This document shows, in pieces, positions 20,330 through 31,537 of a DNA stretch of 64,000 nt (positions within the stretch are counted from its first letter, which is position 1; every line of letters begins with the position of its first letter). Where the stretch lies: positions 192,001 through 256,000 of the forward strand of contig CAWKNZ010000005.1 of assembly GCA_963851265.1 (NCBI GenBank), in the 5' to 3' direction. Made by a program: the position numbers and the translations under genes. This DNA is from an uncultured Gemmatimonadales bacterium (GTDB lineage: Bacteria > Gemmatimonadota > Gemmatimonadetes > Gemmatimonadales > Gemmatimonadaceae). The notes beneath the pieces were generated by a model. That model was not told the origin of the DNA. It saw only the letters and a program-made list of their open reading frames with translations, and did not search any database.

Positions 20330-21693
20330 ACGTTCCCGCGACCGCGCGGCCGCTGCCGCACCCGCGTCCCCGCCGGGGCCGCGCCGCCGGCGTCGCGCTC
20401 GGCGCGTGGCTCGCGGTCGCGACGAGCGCGGCGTGCGCCCCTGGTGCACCGCGGCTGACGGCGGTCGAGCAGGCCGCGGCCCTCGCTCCCGAGATCGAAC
20501 AGGCCGTCGGGCTTCGCTTCCGCGCCCCGCCGCGCATCGAGCGCCGATCGCGCGCCGACGTGCACGGGTTCGTCGCGGCTACGCTCGCCCGCCCCGAAGC
20601 GCGCGCCCTGCTCGCCGCGCAGCAGCTCGCCTACCGCCGCCTCGGCCTCATTCCCGACACGCTCGACCTCGTGGCGCTCATGGGCCGCGTGCTCGACGAG
20701 CAGGTGGCGGGGTACTACGACCCGCGCGCCAAGACGCTGTACCTCGTCGAGGGCATCGACTCGGCGACGACCACCGCGACGCTCCGCCACGAAATGGTCC
20801 ACGCGCTCCAGGATCAGCACGTCAACCTCGACTCGGTGCTCACGCACCCGCGCGACGCCGACGCGGACGCGGCGGCGCACGCCGCGCTCGAGGGGCAGGC
20901 GACGTGGGTGCAGCTCGGGGGTGGGCGAGACATCGCGTCGCGGCTGCCGGGCGGGTGGGACCGCGTCCGCGAGGACATCCGCGCCAACGCCGACCGCGAC
21001 CCGCAGCTCGCGGGCGCACCGCTGGTCGTGCGCGAGGGCCTGCTCTTTCCGTACCTCAGCGGTGCGGAGCTGGCCCGTCAGGCCGCGGCCCTCGGCCGGC
21101 TCGATTCGCTCGCGCTCCGGCTTCCGGTGAGCACGCGGCAGGTACTCCACCCGGACGTCTACCTCGGCGCCGGACGCCCGACGGCGACCGCCGGCGGCCC
21201 GGCGGCTGCCGCCGTCCGCCTCGTCACCGTCACACTGCCGCCGCCGCGCACCGGGACCGTGACGGCGAGCAACGTGCTCGGTGAATTCGACACCCGCCTC
21301 TTTCTGTATCAGCAGTCGACCGACCTCGCCGGCGCGGCGCGCGCGGCTGCTGGGCTCGCGGGCGACCACTGGGCCTCGGTGCGCACGGGCGGTGGCGACG
21401 CGTTCGTGTGGCTCACGGTCTGGGACTCGGGCGTCGACGCGGCCGAGTTCTTTCAGGCGGCGGGCGATGCGGTGTCGAAGCGGTACGAGGGCGCGCGCGC
21501 CGACTCGAGTGCGGCGGGCGGGCGCGGGGCCGGAAGCACGAAGACGTTCACGAGCGCGGCGCGCGACGGCGGCCGCACCGTGCGACTCCGCGCGCTCGAC
21601 GTCGGTGGACGCCCCGCCGTCCTCTACGTCGACGCCGCGTCCGCGGCCGACCTCGACGTCGTCGACGCCGCCCGGGCGAGCGTGCGCCCCTGA
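20330..21693 (+). CDS. Exported HExxH zinc-metallopeptidase-like lipoprotein, uncharacterised (start uncertain)
   Basis: Hydrophobic stretch ending SAAC, EQVAGYYDP, LRHEMVHALQDQH, EGQAT, FPYLSG, PVSTRQVLHP. Confidence 0.7.
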
Positions 21694-21717
21694 GATGCGG
21701 CCGCTGAGACTCCGCGC

Positions 21718-23112
21718 GTGACGCTCCTCGCTCCCGGCCCCTCGTCCGGCCCGCCGTCGGACGGTTCCGCCGACGAGCACCGGTCCGTGCAGCCGGCCTC
21801 GCCGGCCGCGGCGGCCGGTGAAGCCGCGGTCGCACACGACCCGCGCGTCCCCCCGCCGGTCCCCGACGAGGAGCAGAAGCTGCAGGCGCTGCGCAGCATG
21901 CAGCGCCGCGCGACCGGCCTGTTGATCGCCGCCGCCGTGCTCTTCGTCGTCGCGCGCGCGCTCGAGGCAGCCCACCCCTGGGTGGCCTACGTGCGCGCGT
22001 TTGCCGAGGCGGCGATGGTCGGCGGGATCGCCGACTGGTTCGCGGTCACGGCGCTCTTCCGCCATCCGTTAGGCATTCCGATCCCGCACACGGCCATCGT
22101 GCCGGCGCGCAAGGACCGGATCGGCCGCTCGCTCGGCAAGTTCGTGCAGCAGAATTTCCTCTCGCGCGAGGTGGTCGGCGCCAAGCTCGCCGCGGCGCGC
22201 CCGGGAGAGCGCGCCGCGCGCTGGCTCGCCGAGCCCGCGCACGCGCGGCTGCTCGCCCGGCAGGTCGCGGTGGCGCTCTCGGGCGCGGCCGAGGTGTTGC
22301 GGGACGACGACGTGAACGCGTTCGTCGAGCGCTCGCTCGTCTCGCGGCTGCGCAAGGTGCAGGCGGGCCCGCTCGTCGGCCGGGCGCTGTCGCTGCTCAC
22401 GGCCGACGGCCGCCATCAGGAGCTCCTCGACGAGGCGCTCCGCATCACGGCACGCGGCGTCGCGACCAACCAGGACGTCATACGCGCGCGCATCGCCGCG
22501 GAGGCGCCCTGGTGGGTGCCGGGCGCGGTCGAGGACAAGCTCCACCAGAAGATCATCGACGGACTCGAGCGCACGCTGCAGCAGGTGAGCGCCGACCCGC
22601 ACCACCCGCTGCGCGCGCGCTTCGACGACGCGGTGCAGCAGTTCGCCGAGCGCCTGCGCACCTCGCCCGAGACGATCGAGCGGGCGGAGGCGGTGAAGGA
22701 GGAGCTGCTCGCGCACCCGGCCGTGCGCGAGTACGCCGGCGGCCTCTGGGGCGACGTGAAGCGCGCCCTCGCGCGCCAGGCCGAGACGTTAGGCCACGCC
22801 GACGAGGGCGACGCGCCCAACGCGATCGAGCGGGGGCTCACGTCGCTCGCCGGCACCGCGCTCGCGGACCGGGCGCTCGCGGCGAAGCTCGACGGCTGGA
22901 TCGTCGAGGCGGTGCTCGCCGTGATCGAGCAGTACCGCGACGAGGTGAGTCAGCTGATCGAGAGCACGGTCGCGGGCTGGGACCCCGCGGCCACGTCGCA
23001 CCGGATCGAGGTGCAGATCGGGCGGGACCTGCAGTTCATCCGGATCAACGGCACGCTGGTGGGCGGGCTCGTCGGGGTGGCACTCTACGCGATCGGGAGG
23101 ATCGTCGGGTAG
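21718..23112 (+). CDS. DUF445 family membrane protein
   Basis: AEAAMVGGIADWFAVTALFRHPLGIPIPHTAI; C-terminal GRDLQFIRINGTLVGGLVG. Confidence 0.92.
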   Translation: MTLLAPGPSSGPPSDGSADEHRSVQPASPAAAAGEAAVAHDPRVPPPVPDEEQKLQALRSMQRRATGLLIAAAVLFVVARALEAAHPWVAYVRAFAEAAMVGGIADWFAVTALFRHPLGIPIPHTAIVPARKDRIGRSLGKFVQQNFLSREVVGAKLAAARPGERAARWLAEPAHARLLARQVAVALSGAAEVLRDDDVNAFVERSLVSRLRKVQAGPLVGRALSLLTADGRHQELLDEALRITARGVATNQDVIRARIAAEAPWWVPGAVEDKLHQKIIDGLERTLQQVSADPHHPLRARFDDAVQQFAERLRTSPETIERAEAVKEELLAHPAVREYAGGLWGDVKRALARQAETLGHADEGDAPNAIERGLTSLAGTALADRALAAKLDGWIVEAVLAVIEQYRDEVSQLIESTVAGWDPAATSHRIEVQIGRDLQFIRINGTLVGGLVGVALYAIGRIVG

Positions 23113-23156
23113 GGAGTGTTCGCCGACGGGTCGACGCCGAGGGCCGATCGCCGCGC

Positions 23157-25829
23157 CTAGGCGTCCTCGCTCGCCCTCCGCTCCGTTCCGCCCTCCTCCG
23201 CGTTCCGCGCCCCCGGCGTCCGGTGGTGCTGTCCAACGGCCAGCGTGTCCCCATCGGCGAGCGCCGCGCTTTCGGTCGCGGCCTCCGCGGCGAGGTCTGC
23301 CCGCGGCACCACCGCCGGCAGCAGCGCGATCCGCAGCACCTCGTCCATCGCGGAGACGAACGTGAACGTGGTCCCCTCCCGGACCTCCGTCGGTACGTCG
23401 CGCAGGTCCTTCTCGTTCGCCTTCGGCAGGAGCACCTCGCGCAGCCCGGCGCGGTACGCGGCGAGCACCTTCTCCTTCACGCCGCCGATCTCCAGCACCT
23501 TCCCGCGCAGCGTCACCTCGCCGGTCATCGCGAGGTCGCGCCGCACCGGCCGGCGTGAGAGGACGCTCGCGATCGCCAGCGTGATCGCGATCCCCGCCGA
23601 CGGCCCGTCCTTGGGCACCGCCCCCGCCGGGAAGTGCACGTGGATGTCGTGCTCCTTGAACGCGCGGTCCTCGACTCCCAACGTGGTCGCGCGCGAACGC
23701 ACGTACGAGAGCGCCGCGTCGACGCTCTCGCGCATCACGTCGCCGAGTTGGCCGGTGACCGTGAGCTTGCCCGTGCCCGGCATGCGCAGCGCCTCGATCG
23801 ACATCAGGTCGCCCCCGGTGCTCGTCCAGGCGAGCCCCGTCACGACGCCGACCTCGGCGTCGCGCTCCGCCGCCTCGGCCGCGTAGCGCGGCGGTCCCAG
23901 CACCTCCTCGACCGCGGCATGGTCGAGCACCCACGCCGCCTCGTCCCCCTCGGCCTTGCGCCGCGCGCGCTTGCGCATGAGCGTCGCGAGGTTGCGGCCG
24001 AAGTTGCGAAGCCCCGCCTCGCGCGAGTAGCGGTTGGCGACGAACGAGAGGATCTCGTCGGTGAACACGATGTCGTGCTCGACGAGGCCGTGGTCGTCGA
24101 GCAGCTGCGGGATCGTGTAGCGCCACGCGATCTCGACCTTCTCCTCGACCGTGTAGCCCGCGATGCGGATCACCTCGAGCCGGTCGCGCAGGGGGCCCGG
24201 GATGTCGTACAGGTTGTTGGCCGTGCAGATGAACAGCACCTGCGACAGGTCGAACGGCAGGTTGAGGTAGTGGTCGACGAACGTCGAGTTCTGGTTGGGG
24301 TCGAGCACCTCGAGCATCGCCGCCGTCGGGTCGCCCGCCGGGCCCCCGCCGCTCATCTTGTCGATCTCGTCGATGAGGAACACCGGGTCCTTCACCGCGA
24401 CGCGCCGCATCGCCTGCACCAGCAGCCCCGGCATCGACCCCACGTAGGTACGCCGGTGGCCGCGGATCTCCGCCTCGTCGCGCACGCCGCCCACCGAGAT
24501 GCGGTAGAACTGCCGCCCGATCGCCTTCGCGATCACCTCGCCTAACGACGTCTTTCCCGTGCCCGGCGGGCCCGCGAAGCAGAGGATCGGGCCCGACGAG
24601 CGTCCCCCCTTGAGCTTGCGCACCGCGAGGTACTCGACGATCCGGTCCTTGGCCTCGCTCAGCCCGTAGTGCCGCTCGCCCAACGCGTCCTCGACCTTCC
24701 GCAGGTCGATCTCCGGCGGCTCGTCCGCGGCGTGCCACGGCAGCGCGAGCACCCAGTCGAGGTAGGTGCGCACCACCTGGTACTCGCTCGACGCGGTCGA
24801 GAGCATGCGCAGCCGCTCGACCTCGCGTCGCGCCTCGGCCGCGACGCGCTCGGGGAGGTTCGCGTCCTCGATGCGCTTGAGGATCTCGCTCGATTCCTTC
24901 TCGCCCGGGTCGGTCTCGCCCAACTCGGTCTGGATCGCGCGCAACTGCTGCCGCAGGTAGAACTCGCGGTGGTGCTGCTCGATCTTGATCTCGGTCTGCT
25001 TCTTCACCTGCTCCATCACCTGCGCGCGCCCCACTTCGCGCTCCAGCCGCGAGAGGATGAAGCGCAGCCGGTCGGCGACGTCGAGCTTCTGCAGCACCTC
25101 GTCCTTGTCGGCGATGCGCAGGTTCATGTTGGTCGCGGCGAGGTCGGCGAATCGCCCCGGGTCGCTCACGTTCATCCGGAGGATCGCGGGCACCTCGTCC
25201 GGGATCCGCTCCACGAGCGTCGAGAGCGTCTCGGCCGCCGACACCACACGCGTCACGAGTTCGTCGACCGCCGTACGCGAGGCCTCAGCGCCGATCGCCT
25301 CCGCGCCGGTGGATTCCGCGTCGGTCGAGTCGGCGCCGGTCGCGCCCGCTCCGGTCGCGCCCGCGCCGGTCGCGGCCGCGCCGGTCGCGTCCGCGCCGGT
25401 CCCGTCCGCGCCGGTCCCGTCCGGGTCCTCGTCCGGCGCCAGCAGGTCGTACGCCGGCGACACGCGCGCGATCGGATAGGGCGTCACCTGCTCGACCGCG
25501 TCGATGCGGATGCGGCGCAGCCCCTGCAGCGTGATCTGCACCGTGTCGCCGGGCAGGTTGATGCGTTCGTGCACGCGCGCGGCCACGCCGATCCGACCGA
25601 GGAAGCGCTCGTTGTCGATCGGCTCCTCGTATTCGCCGTGCGCGACGACGAGAGCGACGATCTCGCCCGGCGCGTCGTGCGCGCGCAGTAGTGCGAGGTT
25701 CTCCGGCGCGCCCATCTGCACGGCGATCGTGCCGAGTGGGTAGACGATCGTCGAGCGCAGCGCCATGAGCGGCAGCGTCGGCGGCAGTTCGGAGTGCAGG
25801 ATCTCGTCCTTGCGCTGTGATCGGGCCAT
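23157..25829 (-). CDS. lon: ATP-dependent Lon protease with low-complexity insertion in the N-domain
   Basis: ATG at 25829; Walker [33 protein letters not shown] (catalytic Ser), IGGVKEK (catalytic Lys). Confidence 0.96.
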   Translation of the reverse strand: MARSQRKDEILHSELPPTLPLMALRSTIVYPLGTIAVQMGAPENLALLRAHDAPGEIVALVVAHGEYEEPIDNERFLGRIGVAARVHERINLPGDTVQITLQGLRRIRIDAVEQVTPYPIARVSPAYDLLAPDEDPDGTGADGTGADATGAAATGAGATGAGATGADSTDAESTGAEAIGAEASRTAVDELVTRVVSAAETLSTLVERIPDEVPAILRMNVSDPGRFADLAATNMNLRIADKDEVLQKLDVADRLRFILSRLEREVGRAQVMEQVKKQTEIKIEQHHREFYLRQQLRAIQTELGETDPGEKESSEILKRIEDANLPERVAAEARREVERLRMLSTASSEYQVVRTYLDWVLALPWHAADEPPEIDLRKVEDALGERHYGLSEAKDRIVEYLAVRKLKGGRSSGPILCFAGPPGTGKTSLGEVIAKAIGRQFYRISVGGVRDEAEIRGHRRTYVGSMPGLLVQAMRRVAVKDPVFLIDEIDKMSGGGPAGDPTAAMLEVLDPNQNSTFVDHYLNLPFDLSQVLFICTANNLYDIPGPLRDRLEVIRIAGYTVEEKVEIAWRYTIPQLLDDHGLVEHDIVFTDEILSFVANRYSREAGLRNFGRNLATLMRKRARRKAEGDEAAWVLDHAAVEEVLGPPRYAAEAAERDAEVGVVTGLAWTSTGGDLMSIEALRMPGTGKLTVTGQLGDVMRESVDAALSYVRSRATTLGVEDRAFKEHDIHVHFPAGAVPKDGPSAGIAITLAIASVLSRRPVRRDLAMTGEVTLRGKVLEIGGVKEKVLAAYRAGLREVLLPKANEKDLRDVPTEVREGTTFTFVSAMDEVLRIALLPAVVPRADLAAEAATESAALADGDTLAVGQHHRTPGARNAEEGGTERRASEDA
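25288..25422 (-). repeat. About 9 degenerate 15-bp tandem repeats inside lon
   Basis: Encodes [45 protein letters not shown]. Confidence 0.85.
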
Positions 25830-26217
25830 GCGACGGGAACGGTGGTGCGGGACGGGGCAGCGTGCGGCTGCCGCAATTTGGCACCGTTCACCGGCCGTGT
25901 GCGACTTGCCCCGCAGCCGCGGCGCGCCCCGCGGCGGAACGTGCGCTGTGGCGTCGCGCGCGCGTTGGGCCGAGACCCGGTAGCACTGCGTCGCCACGTC
26001 GGGCGTTCGGTGTGGCTTGCTCCTCAAACGACGCGTCGGTACACTCGCCGTCTGCGGCAGGTGACCACGGCGATCGGGGTCGCCGGCGTGATCGGCGCCA
26101 TGTGGGCGCTCGCGCCGTTCGTCCGCCGCGTGAGCGCCTGCGTGGCCCGCGCCGGTCCGGGGCGCCAAACCCGCTCCGTTGTAGAAGTGTAAGCGGCACC
26201 ATAGTTTACACCGCCTT

Positions 26218-27567
26218 ATGTTCGACGAGCTGACCGACAAACTCGAGCAGACCTTCGCCCGCCTACGCGGCAAGGGCACGCTCACCGACGCCGACATCAA
26301 GGAAGGGCTGCGCGAGGTCCGACGCGTCCTCCTCGAGGCCGACGTGAACTTCCAGCTCACGCGCGAGTTTCTCGAGCGCGTCGAGCAGGCGGCCGTCGGC
26401 GTCGCGCAGCTCAAGGGCGTCAACCCCGCCCAGCAGCTCGTCAAGATCGTCTATGACGAGCTGCGCAAGATGCTCGGTGAGCAGCGCGAGGGGCTCAAGC
26501 TGAGCACCATCCCGCCGACCGTCGTGATGATGGTCGGGCTGCAAGGCTCGGGCAAGACGACCACCGCGGGCAAGCTCGCGCGCAAGCTCAAGATGGAGGG
26601 GCGGCAGACCAGCCTCGTCGCCGGCGACGTGTACCGCCCCGCGGCCATCGACCAGCTCGAGACCGTGGGCAAGCAGGTGGGCGCGCAGGTGTACGCCAAC
26701 CGCGGCACGCAGGACGTCGTGCGAATCGCGCGCGAGGGGATCGAGCAGGCCAAGCGCGACCGCGACCGCGTCGTGATCGTCGACACCGCCGGCCGGCTGC
26801 AGATCGACGCCGAGCTGATGGACGAGCTCCGGCGCGTCAAGGCGGCCGTGCAGCCCACCGAGATCCTCTTCGTCGCCGACGGGATGACGGGGCAGGAGGC
26901 GGTGCGCATCGCGCAGGGCTTCGACGAGGCGTTAGGCGTCACCGGCGTGATCCTCACCAAGATGGACGGCGACGCCCGCGGCGGAGCGGCGCTCTCCATC
27001 TACGGCGTCATCAAGAAGCCGATCAAGTACGTCGGCGTCGGCGAGAAGCTCGACGCGCTCGAGGACTTCCACCCGGACCGCATGGCCGGCCGGATCCTCC
27101 AGCAGGGCGACGTGCTCACCCTGGTCGAGAAGGCGCAGGCCGTCTTCGACCAGGACGAAGCGAAGCGGATGGAGAAGAAGGTCCGGAAGGAGGGCATGGA
27201 CCTCGAGGACTTCCTCACCGCGATGAAGCAGATGCAGAAGCTCGGGCCGCTGGAGAACCTGCTCAAGCTGCTGCCGGGGGTGAACTCGGCGATGCTCAAG
27301 CAGATCAAGATCGACCCCAAGCGCATGAAGCACGTCGAGGCGATCATCCTCTCGATGACGCCCAAGGAGCGCAAGAAGCCCGACCTCATCAACGGGTCGC
27401 GGCGGCTGCGCATCGCGAAGGGCTGCGGACGGCCGGTGCAGGAGGTCAACGCCCTGCTCGACCAGTTCCGCCAGATGCAGAAGATGATGAAGAAGATGTC
27501 CGGGGGCCCGGGCGGACGCCCGCCGCAGCTCCCGGGCATGCCGCGGATGCCGTTCGGCCCGCGGTAG
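26218..27567 (+). CDS. ffh: Signal recognition particle protein Ffh
   Basis: [35 protein letters not shown], Met-rich M domain. Confidence 0.98.
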   Translation: MFDELTDKLEQTFARLRGKGTLTDADIKEGLREVRRVLLEADVNFQLTREFLERVEQAAVGVAQLKGVNPAQQLVKIVYDELRKMLGEQREGLKLSTIPPTVVMMVGLQGSGKTTTAGKLARKLKMEGRQTSLVAGDVYRPAAIDQLETVGKQVGAQVYANRGTQDVVRIAREGIEQAKRDRDRVVIVDTAGRLQIDAELMDELRRVKAAVQPTEILFVADGMTGQEAVRIAQGFDEALGVTGVILTKMDGDARGGAALSIYGVIKKPIKYVGVGEKLDALEDFHPDRMAGRILQQGDVLTLVEKAQAVFDQDEAKRMEKKVRKEGMDLEDFLTAMKQMQKLGPLENLLKLLPGVNSAMLKQIKIDPKRMKHVEAIILSMTPKERKKPDLINGSRRLRIAKGCGRPVQEVNALLDQFRQMQKMMKKMSGGPGGRPPQLPGMPRMPFGPR

Positions 27568-27668
27568 TTCGCGCCGTTCGGCGCATCGCGCCGGGTGCGC
27601 GCCGGAACCGCCGGCGTCGCGAGGAACCCGCGCGCTCGTTCGACCGCTCTCCTACCAGCACACTACCG

Positions 27669-28055
27669 ATGGTCCGTATCCGCCTCCGCCGCGTCGGCCG
27701 CAAGAAGGCCCCCGCCTACCGCATCGTCATCGCCGACAGCAAGAGCCCGCGTGACGGCAAGTTCATCGAGATCATCGGCCAGTACGCGCCGCGGTCGAGC
27801 GACGAACAGAAGATCAACATCGACGTGGCGCGCGCCACACACTGGCTCTCCGTCGGCGCGCAACCGTCCGACACCGTGCGCTCCATCCTCCGCCGCGCCG
27901 GCGTGCTGAAGGCGATGCACGAGGACCGCCTCGCCCGCGGACGCCAGGCGAGCGCGGTCGCGCTCCCCGACGCGCCGGTGACCGCGCCCGCCGCGGCGCC
28001 GGCCGGCACCGACGCGTCGCCGACGGCGGACGCGTCGGCCTCCGTGGAGGCGTGA
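27669..28055 (+). CDS. rpsP: 30S ribosomal protein S16
   Basis: [42 protein letters not shown]. Confidence 0.98.
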   Translation: MVRIRLRRVGRKKAPAYRIVIADSKSPRDGKFIEIIGQYAPRSSDEQKINIDVARATHWLSVGAQPSDTVRSILRRAGVLKAMHEDRLARGRQASAVALPDAPVTAPAAAPAGTDASPTADASASVEA

Positions 28056-28636
28056 CGGCCACACGGCCGATGGACGACCTCGCGCTCGTGGGAGTCGTGC
28101 GCCGCGCGCACGGCCTCCGCGGCGAGCTCGCGGTCGAACTGTTCACCGACGCGCCGGACGCGGTCTTCGCGTCCGGCCGTCGCGTGTTCGGGGGGACGCC
28201 CGAGGGACGCGTGCTCACCGCCGACCGGCGCCTCGGCGGCCCGCCACTCACCCTGACGGTGCGCCACACCACGCCGTTCAAGGGCGGCCTGATCGTCAGC
28301 TTCGACGAGATCGCCGACCGCACGACCGCCGACGCGTGGCGCGAGCGAGCGCTGCTCGTGCCCTATGCCGAACTCCCGCCGCCGGCCGACGACGAGGTGT
28401 ATCTGCACGAGCTCGTCGGGATGCGCGTCGTGCACCAGCAGGGCGGGGAGGTGGGCGAGGTGATCGACCTCATCGAACTGCCGCAGGGGCTCGCACTCGA
28501 CGTGCGCCTCGCCGGCACACCCGATGGCGCGAAGCCGCGCACGGCATATCTCCCCTACCGCCCCGAGATGATCGTCGAGGTGGACGTCCCCGCGCGCACG
28601 ATCACGATCGACCCGCCGGAGGGGCTGTTCGAGTAA
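28052..28636 (+). CDS. rimM: Ribosome maturation factor RimM
   Basis: [24 protein letters not shown]-terminal PPEGLFE; position between rpsP and trmD. Confidence 0.92.
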   Translation: MTATRPMDDLALVGVVRRAHGLRGELAVELFTDAPDAVFASGRRVFGGTPEGRVLTADRRLGGPPLTLTVRHTTPFKGGLIVSFDEIADRTTADAWRERALLVPYAELPPPADDEVYLHELVGMRVVHQQGGEVGEVIDLIELPQGLALDVRLAGTPDGAKPRTAYLPYRPEMIVEVDVPARTITIDPPEGLFE

Positions 28637-28654
28637 GTCTGTCGTCACGCGACC

Positions 28655-28720
28655 GTGGACCCCCGCTTCCGCTGGGGTGACACTGATCCTGCCGTCGCCC
28701 TCGCGGAAGCGGGGGTCCAC
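28655..28720. repeat. Inverted pair of REP-like palindromic elements
   Basis: GTGGACCCCCGCTTCCGCTGGGGTGAC (28655-28681) and GTCGCCCTCGCGGAAGCGGGGGTCCAC (28694-28720) are reverse complements with 3 mismatches; each has an internal hairpin. Confidence 0.75.
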
Positions 28721-28742
28721 CTTTCATCGGCGATCCGGTTCG

Positions 28743-29603
28743 GTGCTCCGCGTCAACGTCGTCACGATTTTCCCGCAGTTCTTCGAGGGCCCGCTCTCGC
28801 TCAGCATCCCGGCGCGTGCACGCGCGGCGGGGAGCGTCGAGTACCACGTCGTCGACCTGCGCGATTTCACACACGACCGTCACCGGTCGGTGGACGACTA
28901 CCCGTACGGCGGCGGCCCGGGCATGGTGATGCGGCCCGGGCCGTTCTTCGAGGCCGTCGCCCACCTGCGGGGCGCCGGGTCGGTCGCCGACGAACCGGGG
29001 GAACGCGCGCCGGTGGTGCTGCTGTCGCCGCGCGGAAAGCCGTTCGAGCAGGCGGACGCGCTGCGCTACGCCGCGGGCCGCGAGCTGACGCTGCTCTGCG
29101 GCCACTACAAGGATGTCGATCAGCGCGTCGCCGACCACCTCGCGACCGAGGAACTCTCGCTCGGCGACTTCGTGTTGAGCGGCGGCGAACCGGCCGCGCT
29201 CGCCGTGATCGACGCCGTCGTCCGCCTGCTGCCGGGTGCGATGTCGGACCACGACTCGGCATATGGCGACTCGTTCTACGGGCGCGGTCTGTCGGCGCCG
29301 AGCTACACGAGGCCGCCCGAGTACGCGGGGCACGCGGTGCCGCCCGTGCTGCTCTCGGGCGACCATGCGAAGATCGCCCAGTGGCGCGAGTGGGAGGGGC
29401 GCCGCCTGACGGCGCGCCGCGCGGGGCTGCCCGAGCCCGTGCCCGACGCGCCGCGCTCACGCAGGCCGCGCCGTCGCGCCGTCGCGCCGCCCGACACGCG
29501 GCCGCCCGATACTGCGGCGGTCGATGCGGCGCCGCCCGATTCGGCGCCGGTCGATCCGGCGCTGGTGGATCAGTCGTCCGCGGGTGAGCCGCGGTCGGTA
29601 TAG
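28743..29603 (+). CDS. trmD: tRNA (guanine-N1)-methyltransferase
   Basis: GTG at 28743; VDDYPYGGGPGMV, LSPRG, CGHYKDVDQRV, SLGDFVLSGGE, YTRPPEY, VLLSGDH. Confidence 0.96.
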   Translation: MLRVNVVTIFPQFFEGPLSLSIPARARAAGSVEYHVVDLRDFTHDRHRSVDDYPYGGGPGMVMRPGPFFEAVAHLRGAGSVADEPGERAPVVLLSPRGKPFEQADALRYAAGRELTLLCGHYKDVDQRVADHLATEELSLGDFVLSGGEPAALAVIDAVVRLLPGAMSDHDSAYGDSFYGRGLSAPSYTRPPEYAGHAVPPVLLSGDHAKIAQWREWEGRRLTARRAGLPEPVPDAPRSRRPRRRAVAPPDTRPPDTAAVDAAPPDSAPVDPALVDQSSAGEPRSV

Positions 29604-29674
29604 CTTCTCGCTCTGCCGGCGTTCGCCGCCGGCGCGCGTCTCTCCAGCACGTCCTCCCGCCAACACCTCTTCGT

Positions 29675-31354
29675 ATGCTCCGGCGCCCGCGTACGGCCCT
29701 GGCCCTCACCGCCACGCTCGCGAGCGCTGCGGTGTTCGTCGCCTGCCACGACGACGCGGTGAGCCCGCGTGCCACGCCCAACACCAGCGCGACCGCTTCG
29801 GCCGCCGCCCCCGCCCCGGACGTTGCGACCGGCGAGGTCGTCCCCGGCCAGTACGTCGTGCTCTTCCGGCGCGAGCGGGTGGCGATGAGTCCGTACACGG
29901 CGGAGCAGCTGAGCGCGCGCAAGCTCGGCGGGCGGCCGGCCGCGCTGCGCCGCACCTTCACGCACGTCGTCCAGGGCTTCGCGGCCCGCCTCACCGACTC
30001 GGCCGTCACCGCGCTCCGCGCCGATCCGGACGTCGCGCTGGTCGCGCCCGACCCGGTCGTGCACGCGACCGCGGGGCAGGTCGAGACGGGCAGCCCGTGG
30101 GGCCTCGACCGCATCGACCAGATGTGGCTGACGCTCGACGGGCAGTACCACTACACCGCCACCGGGGCGGGAACGTCGGTCTACATCGTCGACACCGGGA
30201 TCAACCTGTCGCACGTCGAGTTCGGCGGAAGGGCCGTCACGGGGATCGACTACGTGACCGCCGGGGGCACGGCCACCGACTGCAACGGCCACGGCACGCA
30301 CGTGGCGGGCATCGTCGGCGGGGCGACGTACGGCGTGGCCAAGGGTGCGCGGCTCGTCGCCGTGCGCGTGCTGGACTGTTCGGGCAGTGGCGACGGCTCG
30401 ACGGTGATCGCCGGCCTCGACTGGGTGGCGCAGCAGAAGCTGGCGAACCCGGGCACGCCGATGGTCGTCAACATGAGCCTGGGCGGCGGCGCGGCACCGG
30501 TGATCGACTCGGCGGTGGCGCGCACCGTGGCGGCCGGCGTCACCGTCGTCGTCGCGGCCGGGAACTCGGCGGCCGACGCGTGCGCCACGTCGCCCGCTCG
30601 CGCGCCCGACGCGATCACCGTCGCGGCCACCGACGCGTCGGACAACTTCGCGAGCTTCTCGAACTACGGCACGTGCGTCGACCTCGCCGCCCCGGGGGTG
30701 AGCATTCTCAGCGCCTACGCCGGGAGCACGACGGCGAGCGCGTACCTGAGTGGCACGTCGATGGCGTCGCCGCACGTGGCCGGCGCGGCCGCGCTGTACC
30801 TGTCGACGAACCCGGCGGCGACGCCGGCGCAGGTTACCGGCGCGCTCACGAGCAACGCCGTCGGCGGCCCGATCCAGGGACTGCCCGCGAACACCACCTC
30901 GCGCCTGCTCGACGTGGAGTTCCTGGCCGGGAAGACGGCAGTTCCCGGCGTCGCCAGCACGATCCGGAGCGCCGCGTGGCCGCAGTGTGTGGACGTCCCC
31001 TCGGGCGCGCGCACCAACGGAACGACGCTGCAGAGTTGGAGCTGCTACGGCGGGAGCAATCAGCAGTTCGTCGTGCCCGCGCCTGGGACGACGGGCCCAA
31101 TCCACAGCGCGAGCGGGCTCTGCCTGGATGCCCTGAGCGGCGGGTCGCAGAATGGCGAGGTGGTCGGGCTGTGGGCGTGCAACGGGTGGGTGCACCAGCA
31201 GTGGACCGTGACGACGAACGGGCAGATCAGGGACGCGGCGACCGGCCTGTGCCTCGATCTCGACAGTGGCGGCCGGGGCGCCAACGCCTCGCGGATGCAG
31301 CTCTGGACGTGCTACGGCAGCAGCAACCAGACGTGGGTCACGGCGAGTCAATGA
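29675..31354 (+). CDS. S8 (proteinase K/aqualysin-like) serine protease lipoprotein with I9 prodomain and C-terminal ricin-B lectin domain
   Basis: Lipobox FVAC; WGLDRID, IVDTG, HGTHVAG, AAGN, GTSMASPHVAG; QxW-type repeats NQQF/HQQW/NQTW. Confidence 0.93.
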   Translation: MLRRPRTALALTATLASAAVFVACHDDAVSPRATPNTSATASAAAPAPDVATGEVVPGQYVVLFRRERVAMSPYTAEQLSARKLGGRPAALRRTFTHVVQGFAARLTDSAVTALRADPDVALVAPDPVVHATAGQVETGSPWGLDRIDQMWLTLDGQYHYTATGAGTSVYIVDTGINLSHVEFGGRAVTGIDYVTAGGTATDCNGHGTHVAGIVGGATYGVAKGARLVAVRVLDCSGSGDGSTVIAGLDWVAQQKLANPGTPMVVNMSLGGGAAPVIDSAVARTVAAGVTVVVAAGNSAADACATSPARAPDAITVAATDASDNFASFSNYGTCVDLAAPGVSILSAYAGSTTASAYLSGTSMASPHVAGAAALYLSTNPAATPAQVTGALTSNAVGGPIQGLPANTTSRLLDVEFLAGKTAVPGVASTIRSAAWPQCVDVPSGARTNGTTLQSWSCYGGSNQQFVVPAPGTTGPIHSASGLCLDALSGGSQNGEVVGLWACNGWVHQQWTVTTNGQIRDAATGLCLDLDSGGRGANASRMQLWTCYGSSNQTWVTASQ

Positions 31355-31537
31355 GCGGCGCGTCGCGCGCGGCCGGTCACCAGCTAGCGTGCGATGTCAC
31401 AAGCAGTTACGTTGCCGAGTTCCACGCGCTTGCACACACGACCCGTCGGGCGCGACGATCCTTGAGGCAGGCAGGCGCCGGTTGCGTGTGACCGGCCGGC
31501 CGGCCCCGCGCACCCCTCTCCGCCCGGAGATCGCCAT

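Noticed and set aside
29095..29130. TrmD motif CGHYKDVDQR instead of CGRYEGIDER, suggesting an inactive enzyme
   Set aside because: HYK-type variants are known in other phyla and all other TrmD motifs are intact.
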